From positions 372,001 to 436,000 of the forward strand of contig OZ025719.1 in NCBI GenBank assembly GCA_964019335.1: 64,000 nucleotides of DNA, read 5' to 3'. Positions within the stretch are counted from its first letter, which is position 1, and each line of letters starts with the position of its first letter. The notes beneath the pieces were generated by a model. It had not been told where the DNA came from and did not search any database. It saw only the letters and a program-made list of their open reading frames with translations. Below are positions 48,014-58,000 of the stretch, piece by piece. The stretch comes from Diplonema japonicum. Its lineage: Eukaryota > Protista > Euglenozoa: Diplonemea. The position numbers and the translations under genes were made by a program.

Positions 48014-49540
48014 ATGCACATACGGCCTATAGAGGCAGCGAAGCTGTTAGGATGTTTCAAGAAATACCCGATGAGCAGCTTACAAAGGAAGTCCCTACGC
48101 GTGATAGGTGATGCAGCTGCTAAGGGGAATTCTAAAGCAGTTCGTGTAAGCATAGTGCGGGAGTTCTGCAGGCTGTCTGTGCAGCATGTGAGCATAGGGA
48201 TGGCAGCCAGGAGTTTGCATGTGAATGGACGGGGGGGAGGGTTCGTGAGATGTCTGCAACAAGCGACCCCCGTGGTGCGCGATCGAGTGCTTCGTGAAAT
48301 TCATTCTGTGCACGACACGAGTGTCTCTGACGCCGTCCAGCTGCTTAGATGGAACATTGTCATTGCCGATGTATCCGATCCTCGCCCCAGCTTTCTTGAC
48401 TCCCAGCTTGTGTCCGTTGTCTGTGCGGTGCCCTGCCCAACGCCTTCCTTGTTGTCCTTTGCTTGCCAGTCAATTGCCGCCCTCCGTCTTGCTACCTTCT
48501 TCGCCGACATCACGCACCACATTCCCGCCATTCTACCTACTGCATCCCCTTCTTACCTCGCCCCTATCTTGGCTTCCTTCTCTAAATGCTCCGCTGTCAA
48601 CCCTCCACTCATTGACTCTCTAACCGCTGCGCTCCTCGAATCGGACCTCTCCTCCATCCAAGCGCTTTCCGTGGCACGCTCCCTCTGTACCTACCGCGCC
48701 TTCCCCCTTGAGATCTCGTCCAAGTTGCTCCCGCTCCTCTCCCCCGGCAGGTTGGGGTTCATCGATTCCACTAAGCTCTTACGTTCCCTCGCAACATACC
48801 ACGAGGAGCAACCCTGTGAGGAAGCGGTCCTCTTCTTCGAGACATATGGGGACTGGGTGGTGGTGCAGCTACGGGATGCCGTTCTGCGTGATTTGTCACA
48901 CAAGCATATCACGAACCTAGTGGCTGCCTATGCTGACATGCTCTGCGTTCACAAGACACTGTTCTTCGAGATGGAACGCGCGGTGTTGAGGCTAGCGTAC
49001 CCCCCTGAGGGCCTGGTTGTGGTGATTTCACGGTATGCGTCAGTGCGCGCAGGGAGCACCGTTCTGTACGACATGGCATACCGCACTCTCACACGGTGCA
49101 GCAATAAGTTGACAGGGTCGCAGCTGTACACAGTAGGCAAGGCGCTATCGGTTGTGGGTTGCGATATAAAAGGCAGCAAGATGAATATCATTGTCAAAGC
49201 CATTGCAGGTAAAACGCACACTCTTCAGCCGAAGGACGCCGTCAAGATGATCTCTGATCCTGCAGTCAAAGGCCGAGCCAGACAGGAACTCATCTCAGCT
49301 ATCTCATCAGACTACACGTTCCAAGCTTCGTTCACACAGCTACAAGCACAAAGGTTCCTCAACCACCTTCCCGATGTCAAGGGCCTGCACACCTTGTCCG
49401 CCATCTCTTCAGGGTACCCTTTTGACGCAAAGCAATTGACGTCTCTCACTTCAACGCGCAAACGTGACAACTTCCGCGACGTGACAGGCCACCCTCTTAT
49501 CAAGGATGCTGTTGCAAGACGCAGCAAGAAGGGGTGGTAG
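48014..49540 (+). CDS. Hypothetical alpha-helical repeat protein (possibly organellar RNA-binding); start uncertain
   Basis: Leu/Ala/Ser-rich helical repeats (e.g. LSHKHITNLVAAYA, LTGSQLYTVGKALS) reminiscent of HPR/FASTK-like repeats. The frame is open upstream to 47855; the first ATG is at 48014. Confidence 0.6.
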   Translation: MHIRPIEAAKLLGCFKKYPMSSLQRKSLRVIGDAAAKGNSKAVRVSIVREFCRLSVQHVSIGMAARSLHVNGRGGGFVRCLQQATPVVRDRVLREIHSVHDTSVSDAVQLLRWNIVIADVSDPRPSFLDSQLVSVVCAVPCPTPSLLSFACQSIAALRLATFFADITHHIPAILPTASPSYLAPILASFSKCSAVNPPLIDSLTAALLESDLSSIQALSVARSLCTYRAFPLEISSKLLPLLSPGRLGFIDSTKLLRSLATYHEEQPCEEAVLFFETYGDWVVVQLRDAVLRDLSHKHITNLVAAYADMLCVHKTLFFEMERAVLRLAYPPEGLVVVISRYASVRAGSTVLYDMAYRTLTRCSNKLTGSQLYTVGKALSVVGCDIKGSKMNIIVKAIAGKTHTLQPKDAVKMISDPAVKGRARQELISAISSDYTFQASFTQLQAQRFLNHLPDVKGLHTLSAISSGYPFDAKQLTSLTSTRKRDNFRDVTGHPLIKDAVARRSKKGW

Positions 49541-49599
49541 CACTTGAAGTATCCGTGTAACACGTGTAAACTACTACAGGAGATGACATACACTTTCAC

Positions 49600-52128
49600 A
49601 TGACGCGCGACACAAACAAGGCGAGTGACACGAACAGGGTGGGTGTCACCCTGAACGAGATTACTGAACACCTGCGGAATGACTTTGCACGGGAGACCAT
49701 TCATGTGATAATGCTGAAGTTCAGAAAAGTGACGCAGAACAAAACAATGGTCAACAGCCAGTTTGCTCAATTTATCGGTCTGTTGTACGAGTACTGCAAC
49801 GTTCGGAAGACGGAAGAAGAGCTGCGGGTGTTGAGCAACGTTGTCTTTTCAACAAACGAGGCGATATGCGCCAAGGAAATATGTTCGGCGCTGTGTGAGA
49901 TGGACATCAAGGCATTGATGAAGAAGTCTGTGACTGTTAAAAACCTTTCTGAGTCACAGCCTCCTTCACCTTTAAGCACTAGGGTGAGCCTTGCAACGTT
50001 TGTTGTGGAGCCTGTGCGCGAGGACATCACAATGGACGACGACAAAATGCGTATCGGAGTCGACCAGGTGTCTCATTTGATTAAGCTCCAGACTGACTCC
50101 ACCCCGAGCAAGGGGCTGCTCCGGTGGAAGATGGCAAGCCAGATCCTCAAGAGACAGTGGATTGAGAAAATCAAGCGCGTCTCCGACAAGCTTGAGGACT
50201 TGACAGAGCATCGCGTTTCCATGTGGAAGGTGTCTGAGCGGCTGCTCTGCATCGTGTCCGAAGTCCACGACAGACTGCTTCATAAGAAGTACGAGAACCT
50301 TCGTGACGAGCTGTTAAGCGCTGCAGCTGAACAGGGCATGATAACTGCCGTTAGCCACGACGGAGACGTCGACTATTCTCAGCAAGGCGACGCAACCCTC
50401 AACAGCCCCCAGTTCTTGAAGAAGCGCCTAGCAATGAAAGACGACAGGCGCGTGCAAGCCCAGATCAAGGGCATGTGGGAAAAACTGCCGAAGTGTCCCG
50501 CGCCAAATCAAGACAAGATCGACAAGCAGATCTACATGTGGATGAGCGGCAAAATGCTTTCGGCAGACGTAAAACGCAGCTCGCCCTCGTGGCGTACTGT
50601 TGCAGAGAATGAGTGGCTCGAGGACAACGGGGCCAACTATTTCATGGACTACAGCACCTTTTTCAACAGCATGTTTAGCTTCTTGGACGTATGGTGCCGG
50701 TCTATAGACATTGAAGAGTACACCACCACTGCGTCCGGTATCACCAGAAAGGTTGCTGTTCACACCGATTTTCAGTACTCCACACGACTTGCGGAAAAGT
50801 ACTTGCATCAATCGAAGGAACTGGCATCTGCGAGGGGCATAGTCGGCTCTGGGAAGTCGTTGGAACGGTCTGCCAAATCGTCGGCACACAAACAAAACAC
50901 AACCCCGCACCACAGCAGCCAAAGCACAACCCCCCACCAAAGCAAGCAAAGCACAACCCACCACAGCAAACAAAGCACAACCCACCACAGCAAGCAAGGC
51001 ACAACTCACCACAGCAAGCAAAGCACTACCCCCCACAGCAACGAAAGCACAACCCCCCACAGCAACCAAAGCACAACCCCGCACCACGGTATGCAAAGCA
51101 CAGAACGGCGCTCTGACCAACTTGAGAACGTGCAGTGTGAAGGTAAATATTCACATGATAAATTGCAGCATGCAGCTCAGCCGCGCCATGGTGTGGAGAG
51201 GAGAAGCGTTGGGAACGAAGACGAGCAACGATGCTCCGTGCAGAGCAGACGGTTCTCTCCCAGTCAGATTCCAGAGTGGGAGCGGGGTAAGAAAGGCACG
51301 ACAAAACTACATGTTAAAACTGTGAATATGTGGCCTTCAGCCACTCTATCGCCGTCTCAACTGCAGCCTGAGCGAGCTGTCAAAAAGGATACAGCAGCAA
51401 GAGGTCCCATTGAGGAACTGGCACTTCGTGCCCTTCTGATCAAGAGATCTGCACCAGAGGTGTTCGACGAAAATGACATCATTACGGTGCATAGTTTGCC
51501 GCCCGCGGTGGCGCCTAAAGTAAAGACGGAGTCCTCAGGGAAAGGGAAGAAGTTGTTACTGAAGAAGATGATAGCACAGACTAAGAAGAGGAGGTTGGCG
51601 AACGGGTACCCGCAGATTAAGGTTAACCCGCTGAGGGCTTCGCGTGCTGACGTCTCTAGATGCAAAGCGAAGATGGTTATTGCCAATGAAGACAATAGGA
51701 TGAGCAAGATAAGGAGGAAGGCCGATAATCATTCAAGGAACCCACTTCCTGCTGCACTTGCATCGATGCCTGTGCCTGTACCTGTACCTGTGTCAGTGCC
51801 AGTGCCTGTGCCCACGTCTGAACCTGAACCTCTCCCCAAGATACGCACACCACACAACTTAACAACAGTACTTGTGAATGTTGACTTCAGCAGGCCTTTA
51901 GCACCCCGTGTGAATAGTGATGTGCCGCAGGCTGTTTGCGAAGACCCGGAAGTGCCTTTCTTTGCGACACACATCAGACCGAATAGAAGGTCCCCACTGC
52001 CTGAGGTGGTTCCTGTCTTTTCCTCGGCAACTCACACCTTTGATAGAACATTTGTTAAGTGCTCAGGGAAGCCCCGCCAGGTTTCCAGGTTCCCCGCGGT
52101 CAGGCCCATTAGTAACACCCTAGAGTAG
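49600..52128 (+). CDS. Hypothetical protein (842 aa) with HHSKQSTT repeats
   Basis: Long intact ORF; a globular block around aa 280-370 resembles one in 55030-59751; low-complexity tail. Confidence 0.75.
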   Translation: MTRDTNKASDTNRVGVTLNEITEHLRNDFARETIHVIMLKFRKVTQNKTMVNSQFAQFIGLLYEYCNVRKTEEELRVLSNVVFSTNEAICAKEICSALCEMDIKALMKKSVTVKNLSESQPPSPLSTRVSLATFVVEPVREDITMDDDKMRIGVDQVSHLIKLQTDSTPSKGLLRWKMASQILKRQWIEKIKRVSDKLEDLTEHRVSMWKVSERLLCIVSEVHDRLLHKKYENLRDELLSAAAEQGMITAVSHDGDVDYSQQGDATLNSPQFLKKRLAMKDDRRVQAQIKGMWEKLPKCPAPNQDKIDKQIYMWMSGKMLSADVKRSSPSWRTVAENEWLEDNGANYFMDYSTFFNSMFSFLDVWCRSIDIEEYTTTASGITRKVAVHTDFQYSTRLAEKYLHQSKELASARGIVGSGKSLERSAKSSAHKQNTTPHHSSQSTTPHQSKQSTTHHSKQSTTHHSKQGTTHHSKQSTTPHSNESTTPHSNQSTTPHHGMQSTERRSDQLENVQCEGKYSHDKLQHAAQPRHGVERRSVGNEDEQRCSVQSRRFSPSQIPEWERGKKGTTKLHVKTVNMWPSATLSPSQLQPERAVKKDTAARGPIEELALRALLIKRSAPEVFDENDIITVHSLPPAVAPKVKTESSGKGKKLLLKKMIAQTKKRRLANGYPQIKVNPLRASRADVSRCKAKMVIANEDNRMSKIRRKADNHSRNPLPAALASMPVPVPVPVSVPVPVPTSEPEPLPKIRTPHNLTTVLVNVDFSRPLAPRVNSDVPQAVCEDPEVPFFATHIRPNRRSPLPEVVPVFSSATHTFDRTFVKCSGKPRQVSRFPAVRPISNTLE
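50895..51100 (+). repeat. 24-30-nt coding tandem repeats (HHSKQSTT/PHSNQSTT)
   Basis: About 8 degenerate units of aaagcacaacc(c)..cacagca. Confidence 0.85.
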
Positions 52129-52251
52129 AAAAGCTATTAACTTAGTTCATTCGTGGTTTGTTATTTTACAATAACACGATAAAAGAAAAAAAGAAATAGT
52201 ATCACAAGGTTGCCCCCCTTCTTTATTTACCAGCGTAAGCACACAACAGGG

Positions 52252-53546
52252 ATGAGCGGCAGGATGTTATGGCGGCTGTTCGGGGTGGTCCCCGATGTAG
52301 GTGGAAAGTGCGAGAAGGTCCTGCTGTACGTATCGTTGGCCATCTTCTGGGAATTGTATGACCTGTCGCTGTCGATGTCCGCTCTGTCACATATTGCGGA
52401 GGAGTTCAAGATAGAGAAGAGTGCCTTGGCGTATGCCACCAGCTTTGTGCGGTTCGGTGCCTTCCCTGCGTTGCTTCTGACGCAGCTGGCTGACAGGTTT
52501 GGCAGGAAGCATGTTTTCGTCACTGCTGTGGCGGGGATCAGCATCACCACGTGCATGACTGCCTTTTCCATGAACGTGCACCACTACGTGTTCTTGCAGA
52601 TGATATGCAGATGCTTCGTCGAATTGTGCAGTGCCACCGGCTTTGTCATAGTCACCGAAGAATTTCCTGCAGAGCACAGGGGGTGGGGCATGGGTATCCT
52701 GGGTGCCACAGGTGCCCTGGGCTTCGGCACCGGCGCCATAATGTTCGCTGCAGTGGACATCCTGCCGTACGGGTGGCGGGCGCTGTACTTCCTTGGCATC
52801 ATCCCTATTTCATTAATCCCTACGCTGCTCCGGAATATACCTGAGACACAGAGGTTCAAGAATCTGCGGGAGCAGGGCGGCGCCTCTGTAGGGGTGTTGG
52901 GTCTGTTGGCGAAGCACACAAAGCGTGTTGTTGGCGTCGTGGTGGTGTGCGCGTGCTTTTCTGCGGGGAACACTGGTGTGTTCCAGTTCAGTGGGTATCA
53001 CGTCCTGAAGGTGAAGAAGTGGTTCCCTTGGCAACTCAGCATGTTGGTTGTCATAGCAGGAAGCATCGGAGTGGTGGGCAACGTCATTGTAGGTAGGCTA
53101 GGTGACAGCCATGGGAGGAAACCCATTGCATGCGGTATCTCGCTAGTGTACCCGGCGCTTGCATATTTGTTCTACCACAGTGACTTCATCCTACTGTCAA
53201 TATCGTGGGCGGCGCTTACATTCTGCTCCGTCGTCATGAATGTGCTCACAAGGGCACTCAGCAGTGAGGTTTTCCCCACCTCTTGCCGCAGCACGGCAGG
53301 TGGTTTTGTCTCTGCATCCAATGCCGTAGGCGGTGTAGTGGGCCTAGCTCTTATCGGTTCGGGTACCACCGACCACGGTCTCCCGGACATGGTATGCCGA
53401 CTTTCTGTTACATATATATTTTTTTACTCCAGGTCACTTATGTAGCATTCCTCGTCATCGGTTCTGGTTTTGCTCTGCTTTCCCTTCCCGAAACATCCGG
53501 CAAGGAACTAGAAGCGATTACCTCCGACACCGGCAGTTTCGTTTGA
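52252..53546 (+). CDS. Major facilitator superfamily transporter (sugar/organic-ion-like)
   Basis: Exons 52252-53391 and 53433-53546 (41-nt intron). LADRFGRK, EEFPAEHRG, PETQRF, LGDSHGRK, SEVFPTSCRS, LPETSGKEL. Confidence 0.9.
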
Positions 53547-53788
53547 AGTATTTTTGCTGACAACATCTTTCTAAAACCTCTCTTAAGAACACATCCATTT
53601 CTTTTAATTACGACATTTTTAAGTTTAGTGAAAATCCCGAGAGTGAGAAAAAAGAGGAGAAAAAAAAGAACAAGGAAAAAGAAGAGTAAACCCTGAAGGT
53701 TAGATCACGCAACGGTTTCCTTCTCTTTTTTCCGCAAGGCTTTTCGACTTGTCATGCCACGAAAAGATACGAAAAACTAAAATACAAC

Positions 53789-54943
53789 ATGAAGTACGAC
53801 ATTGTGCTGTGGGGTGGTTCGGGGTATTCGGGGAGGTTGATCGCGCGATATTTGTCAACAAAGGGTGTGAAATGGGCCATCGGGGGGAGGAATAAGGAGA
53901 GGCTCGAGAAGGTAGCGGAGGGGTTGGGAGACAAACGACCAGACATTCTGTTGGGTGATGTGAATGACAAGGAGTCGCTAGGGGATGTAGTACGGCAGGG
54001 GAAGGTAATAATTGGCGCTGCTGGTCCTTTTTCTTTGGTAGGCACACCTCTAGTGGAGGCATGTGTGGAGCTTGGGAGGCACTATGTCGACATCAACGGA
54101 GAGACGCCATGGGTGAGACAGATCATCGATGCCCACCACCAGCAGGCCATCGAATCGGGCATCACGCTGATCCCCAACTGCGGGTTCGACTGCGTCCCCT
54201 TCGACATTGGTGCCTACCACACCGCCCTGCATCTCAAGCAGCGTACAGGTGAGCCCGCCCTTCGCGTCCGTTCCTACATCGACATGAAGGGTTCTCTTAG
54301 CGGTGGGACCCTCAACACTGGCATCACCCTCGAGGAGATGGGCTTCTCCGTTATGAAGAAGATGGCTGACCCCTTCCTCCTCGGTGGGCGGCCTTCCAAG
54401 CCCAACCCCCTCGACAGAGACACACGGGAAGCCAGCTACAATGATGAAATGCAAACATGGACTGGCCCCTTCATGATGGCCCCCATCAACACTAGGGTTG
54501 TAAGGAGGTCCATCCACCTCTTGGACGGAACCCCGGACTCACCATTCGCGCCCGACGCAGGCTACTCTGAGGTGGCTGTCGCCACCTCTGAAGATGCCGC
54601 CAAGAGGCTCTGCGCCAAGGTACCTCTCGAGAAACGTAAAGAAATGGTGGCTGCCGGTAAGCTCCCCAAGCCGGGCGAGGGCCCCTCCGATTCTGCCATC
54701 GAGAAATCATCCTTCTCGTGCGACTTTTTTGCTGAATCTGCCAGTGGTAAGGTGCTTCACGCCACCATGAAGGGCGGGGACCCGTATCTGGAGACAGCTA
54801 GGATGGCTTCGGAAGCTGCTTTGCATCTTGTAGATGGAAAGATGAGTGCGTATGGTGTTGTGACACCTGCTGTGGGGTTGAGCGCTGGATATCTGGAGAA
54901 GCTTCAGTTGAGTGGGTTGAGTTACTCTGTGCATAACTGTTAG
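53789..54943 (+). CDS. Saccharopine dehydrogenase-like oxidoreductase (SCCPDH / trans-acting enoyl reductase family)
   Basis: YDIVLWGGSGYSG, AIGGRN, AGPF, HYVDINGE, CGFDCVPFD, SGGT, NTRVVRRS, PGEGPS, DPYLETA, GVVTPA. Confidence 0.9.
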   Translation: MKYDIVLWGGSGYSGRLIARYLSTKGVKWAIGGRNKERLEKVAEGLGDKRPDILLGDVNDKESLGDVVRQGKVIIGAAGPFSLVGTPLVEACVELGRHYVDINGETPWVRQIIDAHHQQAIESGITLIPNCGFDCVPFDIGAYHTALHLKQRTGEPALRVRSYIDMKGSLSGGTLNTGITLEEMGFSVMKKMADPFLLGGRPSKPNPLDRDTREASYNDEMQTWTGPFMMAPINTRVVRRSIHLLDGTPDSPFAPDAGYSEVAVATSEDAAKRLCAKVPLEKRKEMVAAGKLPKPGEGPSDSAIEKSSFSCDFFAESASGKVLHATMKGGDPYLETARMASEAALHLVDGKMSAYGVVTPAVGLSAGYLEKLQLSGLSYSVHNC

Positions 54944-55029
54944 AGGGCTCGTCTTTTATTCACACGCGACTCGTTACACCTGAAACACGCCAGTTTTATA
55001 CTCACCACAGACACTACAATGCACTGCAC

Positions 55030-58000
55030 ATGCAGGCGAAGGTGCAATCCAGATGGAAGGCCGTCGGTGGTGGTCCCGTCCGCGTCAACAAGCTGCACGT
55101 TAAGAGGTTTCACCGCAAACTCAGCAAAGCATGCGAAAGTGGAGCGATAGCGATGTTCATAGCCGAGGGCGTCATGCGCTGGGTCAACAGGGGACGCAAA
55201 GCTGCAAGCATGTTAAAGGTGTTGATGTTGAGTGAAAATGCCAACGAGCTGATTGCAAAGCGCAGGAGGTTCACGGGGAAACGGAGCATGCTTACGGACG
55301 CCATGATGGCCTCTATAGCCACACTCAGGAAGAGGGAGTCTGTGAACACGAACCACCGAGTGCTGAACCTCATTCAGTCATGGTGGGACAAAATGGAGAA
55401 GGTTAATGATCGCGTACTTTTTAAGGGATACAACTGGATGTACACAGAACTGTACCCTGTGTTTGCACCTGAACTGGACGAGGAACAGGTGGCATCCTTC
55501 ATTGCAGACGACTGGGAAGAGGACTGTGGCGGGTGCGAAGACCTCACTGCAGTCATGTTTGGCGCGTCCGTCCTGAACTTCCTGGACACGGTCGACAGCT
55601 CACACACTGTGGCCTCCTACGTTACGCTCTTGAAGAAGTCCATCGGCACGTTGTTTGGCTATCCAGAGGTTGTCTCCGCGTTAGAGGCAATCGAAGCTGA
55701 AGCCGAAAAACAACCCGAAGAAGAAGAAGAAGAAGAAGGACCTTCAACACCTCCCGCGGACTTCGACTTCTCTGTTTTCGAGACTGAGCGCGCTCAGCGT
55801 TCACGCAAGATTTCCTTTGCAGAGATCGTGGCACCACCATTGCCCAAGGTGGAATTGGAAGAACAAGCACCCCCTGAACCATTGGAGGAGGACGAGGAGG
55901 AGGAGCTGGCTGAGTCCAATGAGTTTGAGGAATCGAACGAAGGCTGCGAGCCCAAGTTCACAGTTCCGAAGGACATCAAAAAGCCCTCCCTAGTTTCTGC
56001 CGTTCAGGACAAGCCTGTAAAGAGAGCAACAATGATGGTGGGCAGTGTCGACCCCCGTAAGAACCCAACTGAAAAGTTGAAGGACCCCAAAGAACGGCAG
56101 GGGGATGGCGGGATCCAAAACGAACCAAAGCGCTACATTCACATAGACCCTGAAAATGAACCGCGTACCGATGGCCCTCAAAACGTCCCTCACCATACAA
56201 CGCCACACAGAGCTAAAAAGGAAGAGGCAAGGAAGCGTGGAACTACTGCGGATTCTCCTGTTGATGCCCCGAGCAAGACCACAAGTTTACGTGATGTTGA
56301 CACCTCAGGTACAGGGACCGCCGAGGACGAAGACATAGCCAGGCCGCCTGGAGCCACACCAGAAACTGAGAGTTTGCCCTTGAACGGCACGACGGCAGAA
56401 ACAGTGATTGCAAACATGAGTAAGGGAAAGCAAAAGAAACCGGGTGGGAAACCTGGGTGGAAGCGAAGAGCAAAAAACAGAGATACTGAGGAAGTGGAGC
56501 AGGCGAAACACAACCTTGCTGATATCCAGGCGGAGATGAATAAGATGCGCGTGAAGTTCCTCGGTGAGGATAACTCGAAGAGGATGTTGTTTGGGGTGTT
56601 GTACGTGGCTGCCGCAAGTGTTTCCTGCGACGCCGCACAACGTGTGATTTCGCGACGCCCTGTTATCAGACGGCGGGAAGTCCCTTCCATGTCAGGCATG
56701 TCCCACATAACCCCTTCTGAAGAAACTTATGAAGGCACTGCAGACGGCACTGGGATAGAAGAAAACGAAGAAGAGGAAGAAGAAGAGGAAGAAGAGGAGG
56801 AGGAGGAGGAGGAGGAAGATGAGGAAGAAGAAGAAGAAAGAGAAGAAGAGGAAAGTGAGCCGAACGTAGCACCTGATCTTGGCCGCGCTGTTCTGGCACG
56901 GTGGAAGAAAAAGAAGAAAAAGCGCAAGAACAAACGAAATGCGATTGCTGCGTTCAAAAAGGTGGCCGCATTCAAGCCTGCTGAAAAGAGTGGCGCCCCG
57001 AAGCTAGCAAATGTACTCAACAAGAAGTACAAGAACTTGAAGCCGATGAAGATTATTAGGAAGCAGCCGGACATGAAAATTCCCGAGCCAGGTCCAAAAC
57101 CTACGACGACGGCAGTCAAAGCCGGACGAGTGCTTGCTGCAAGGAAATTCAAAAGCCTCAAGAACAAGGTATCGCCGCCTGCCGAGGTACCACGTGATGA
57201 ACCAATGCCCTCGTCGCCTATGGACGACAAGTGGGGCATGTTGGAATCTGACATGCAGGGCAAGCAGTATTCAAAGGCAGCAATAGACAGTCTCATCCCT
57301 GCGCTGCTATCGTCGGTCACATCAAAGGAGGCCAACATCCTCAAGAACCAGCCCGCCACTACTCCTGACACGCAGTGGACAGACCGTAGTGACGGTGACT
57401 ATGCTGCACTCCGCACTACACTCGGGAGCCAGGAGTTCGAGGCAGAGGCTTCCGTGTCTCCTCTTTTGCGCTCCGCTGATGACATGCAAGACTTCAAGCT
57501 GGCTGACCTTGGCACCCCTACCGGGCTAAGTGTTGCTGTGACAGATGTCAAACAAGAAGCAGACACAGAAAACACGCAAAAGAGAGAGGTCAAAGACGAT
57601 GGCGCAGTTGTGATACCACCTGCCGCTGAAACGGACGATGTGCAGGACACAAGGGATGACAATACGTGCGATGAGGACAGATCACCAGACTACAATGCGT
57701 GCGATGAGGACAAGTTGTCAGGGCAGGATACGGACAGAAGCGGGAGGGAAGATAAACTTTGGCAAAGTGGATACAAGATTGAAGATGCAGTGGTGCGGGA
57801 CGAAGCAGCACAGCAGGAGGCCGAAGAAGAAAAAGAAGAAGAAAAAGAATGGATCAGCAATGATAAAGCCCTTGAAAGACTCGTTGACCCAGCTCCCTTA
57901 AAACCGTCTAGTCCTGTGTTCACTGCTGCCGTGCTTCCCGATGACACTGACGATGAAACTCCTATTTTGAAAGATAGCAGAAAGGCCACGCCAGTAACAT

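Noticed and set aside
50895-51100. CRISPR-like appearance of regular short repeats (also 1843-1947 and 44521-44625)
   Set aside because: In-frame coding tandem repeats without unique spacers; eukaryotic context and no cas genes.
17257-54943. A biosynthetic gene cluster linking the NRPS-PKS with the MFS transporter and SCCPDH-like reductase
   Set aside because: They are about 27 kb apart with unrelated housekeeping genes between. Co-orientation is uninformative because every gene here is on the + strand.
32459-57371. Long minus-strand ORFs (e.g. 32459-33373, 43042-43923, 44475-45302, 56727-57371)
   Set aside because: Antisense shadows of repetitive or GC-rich + strand coding sequence, with no independent motifs.
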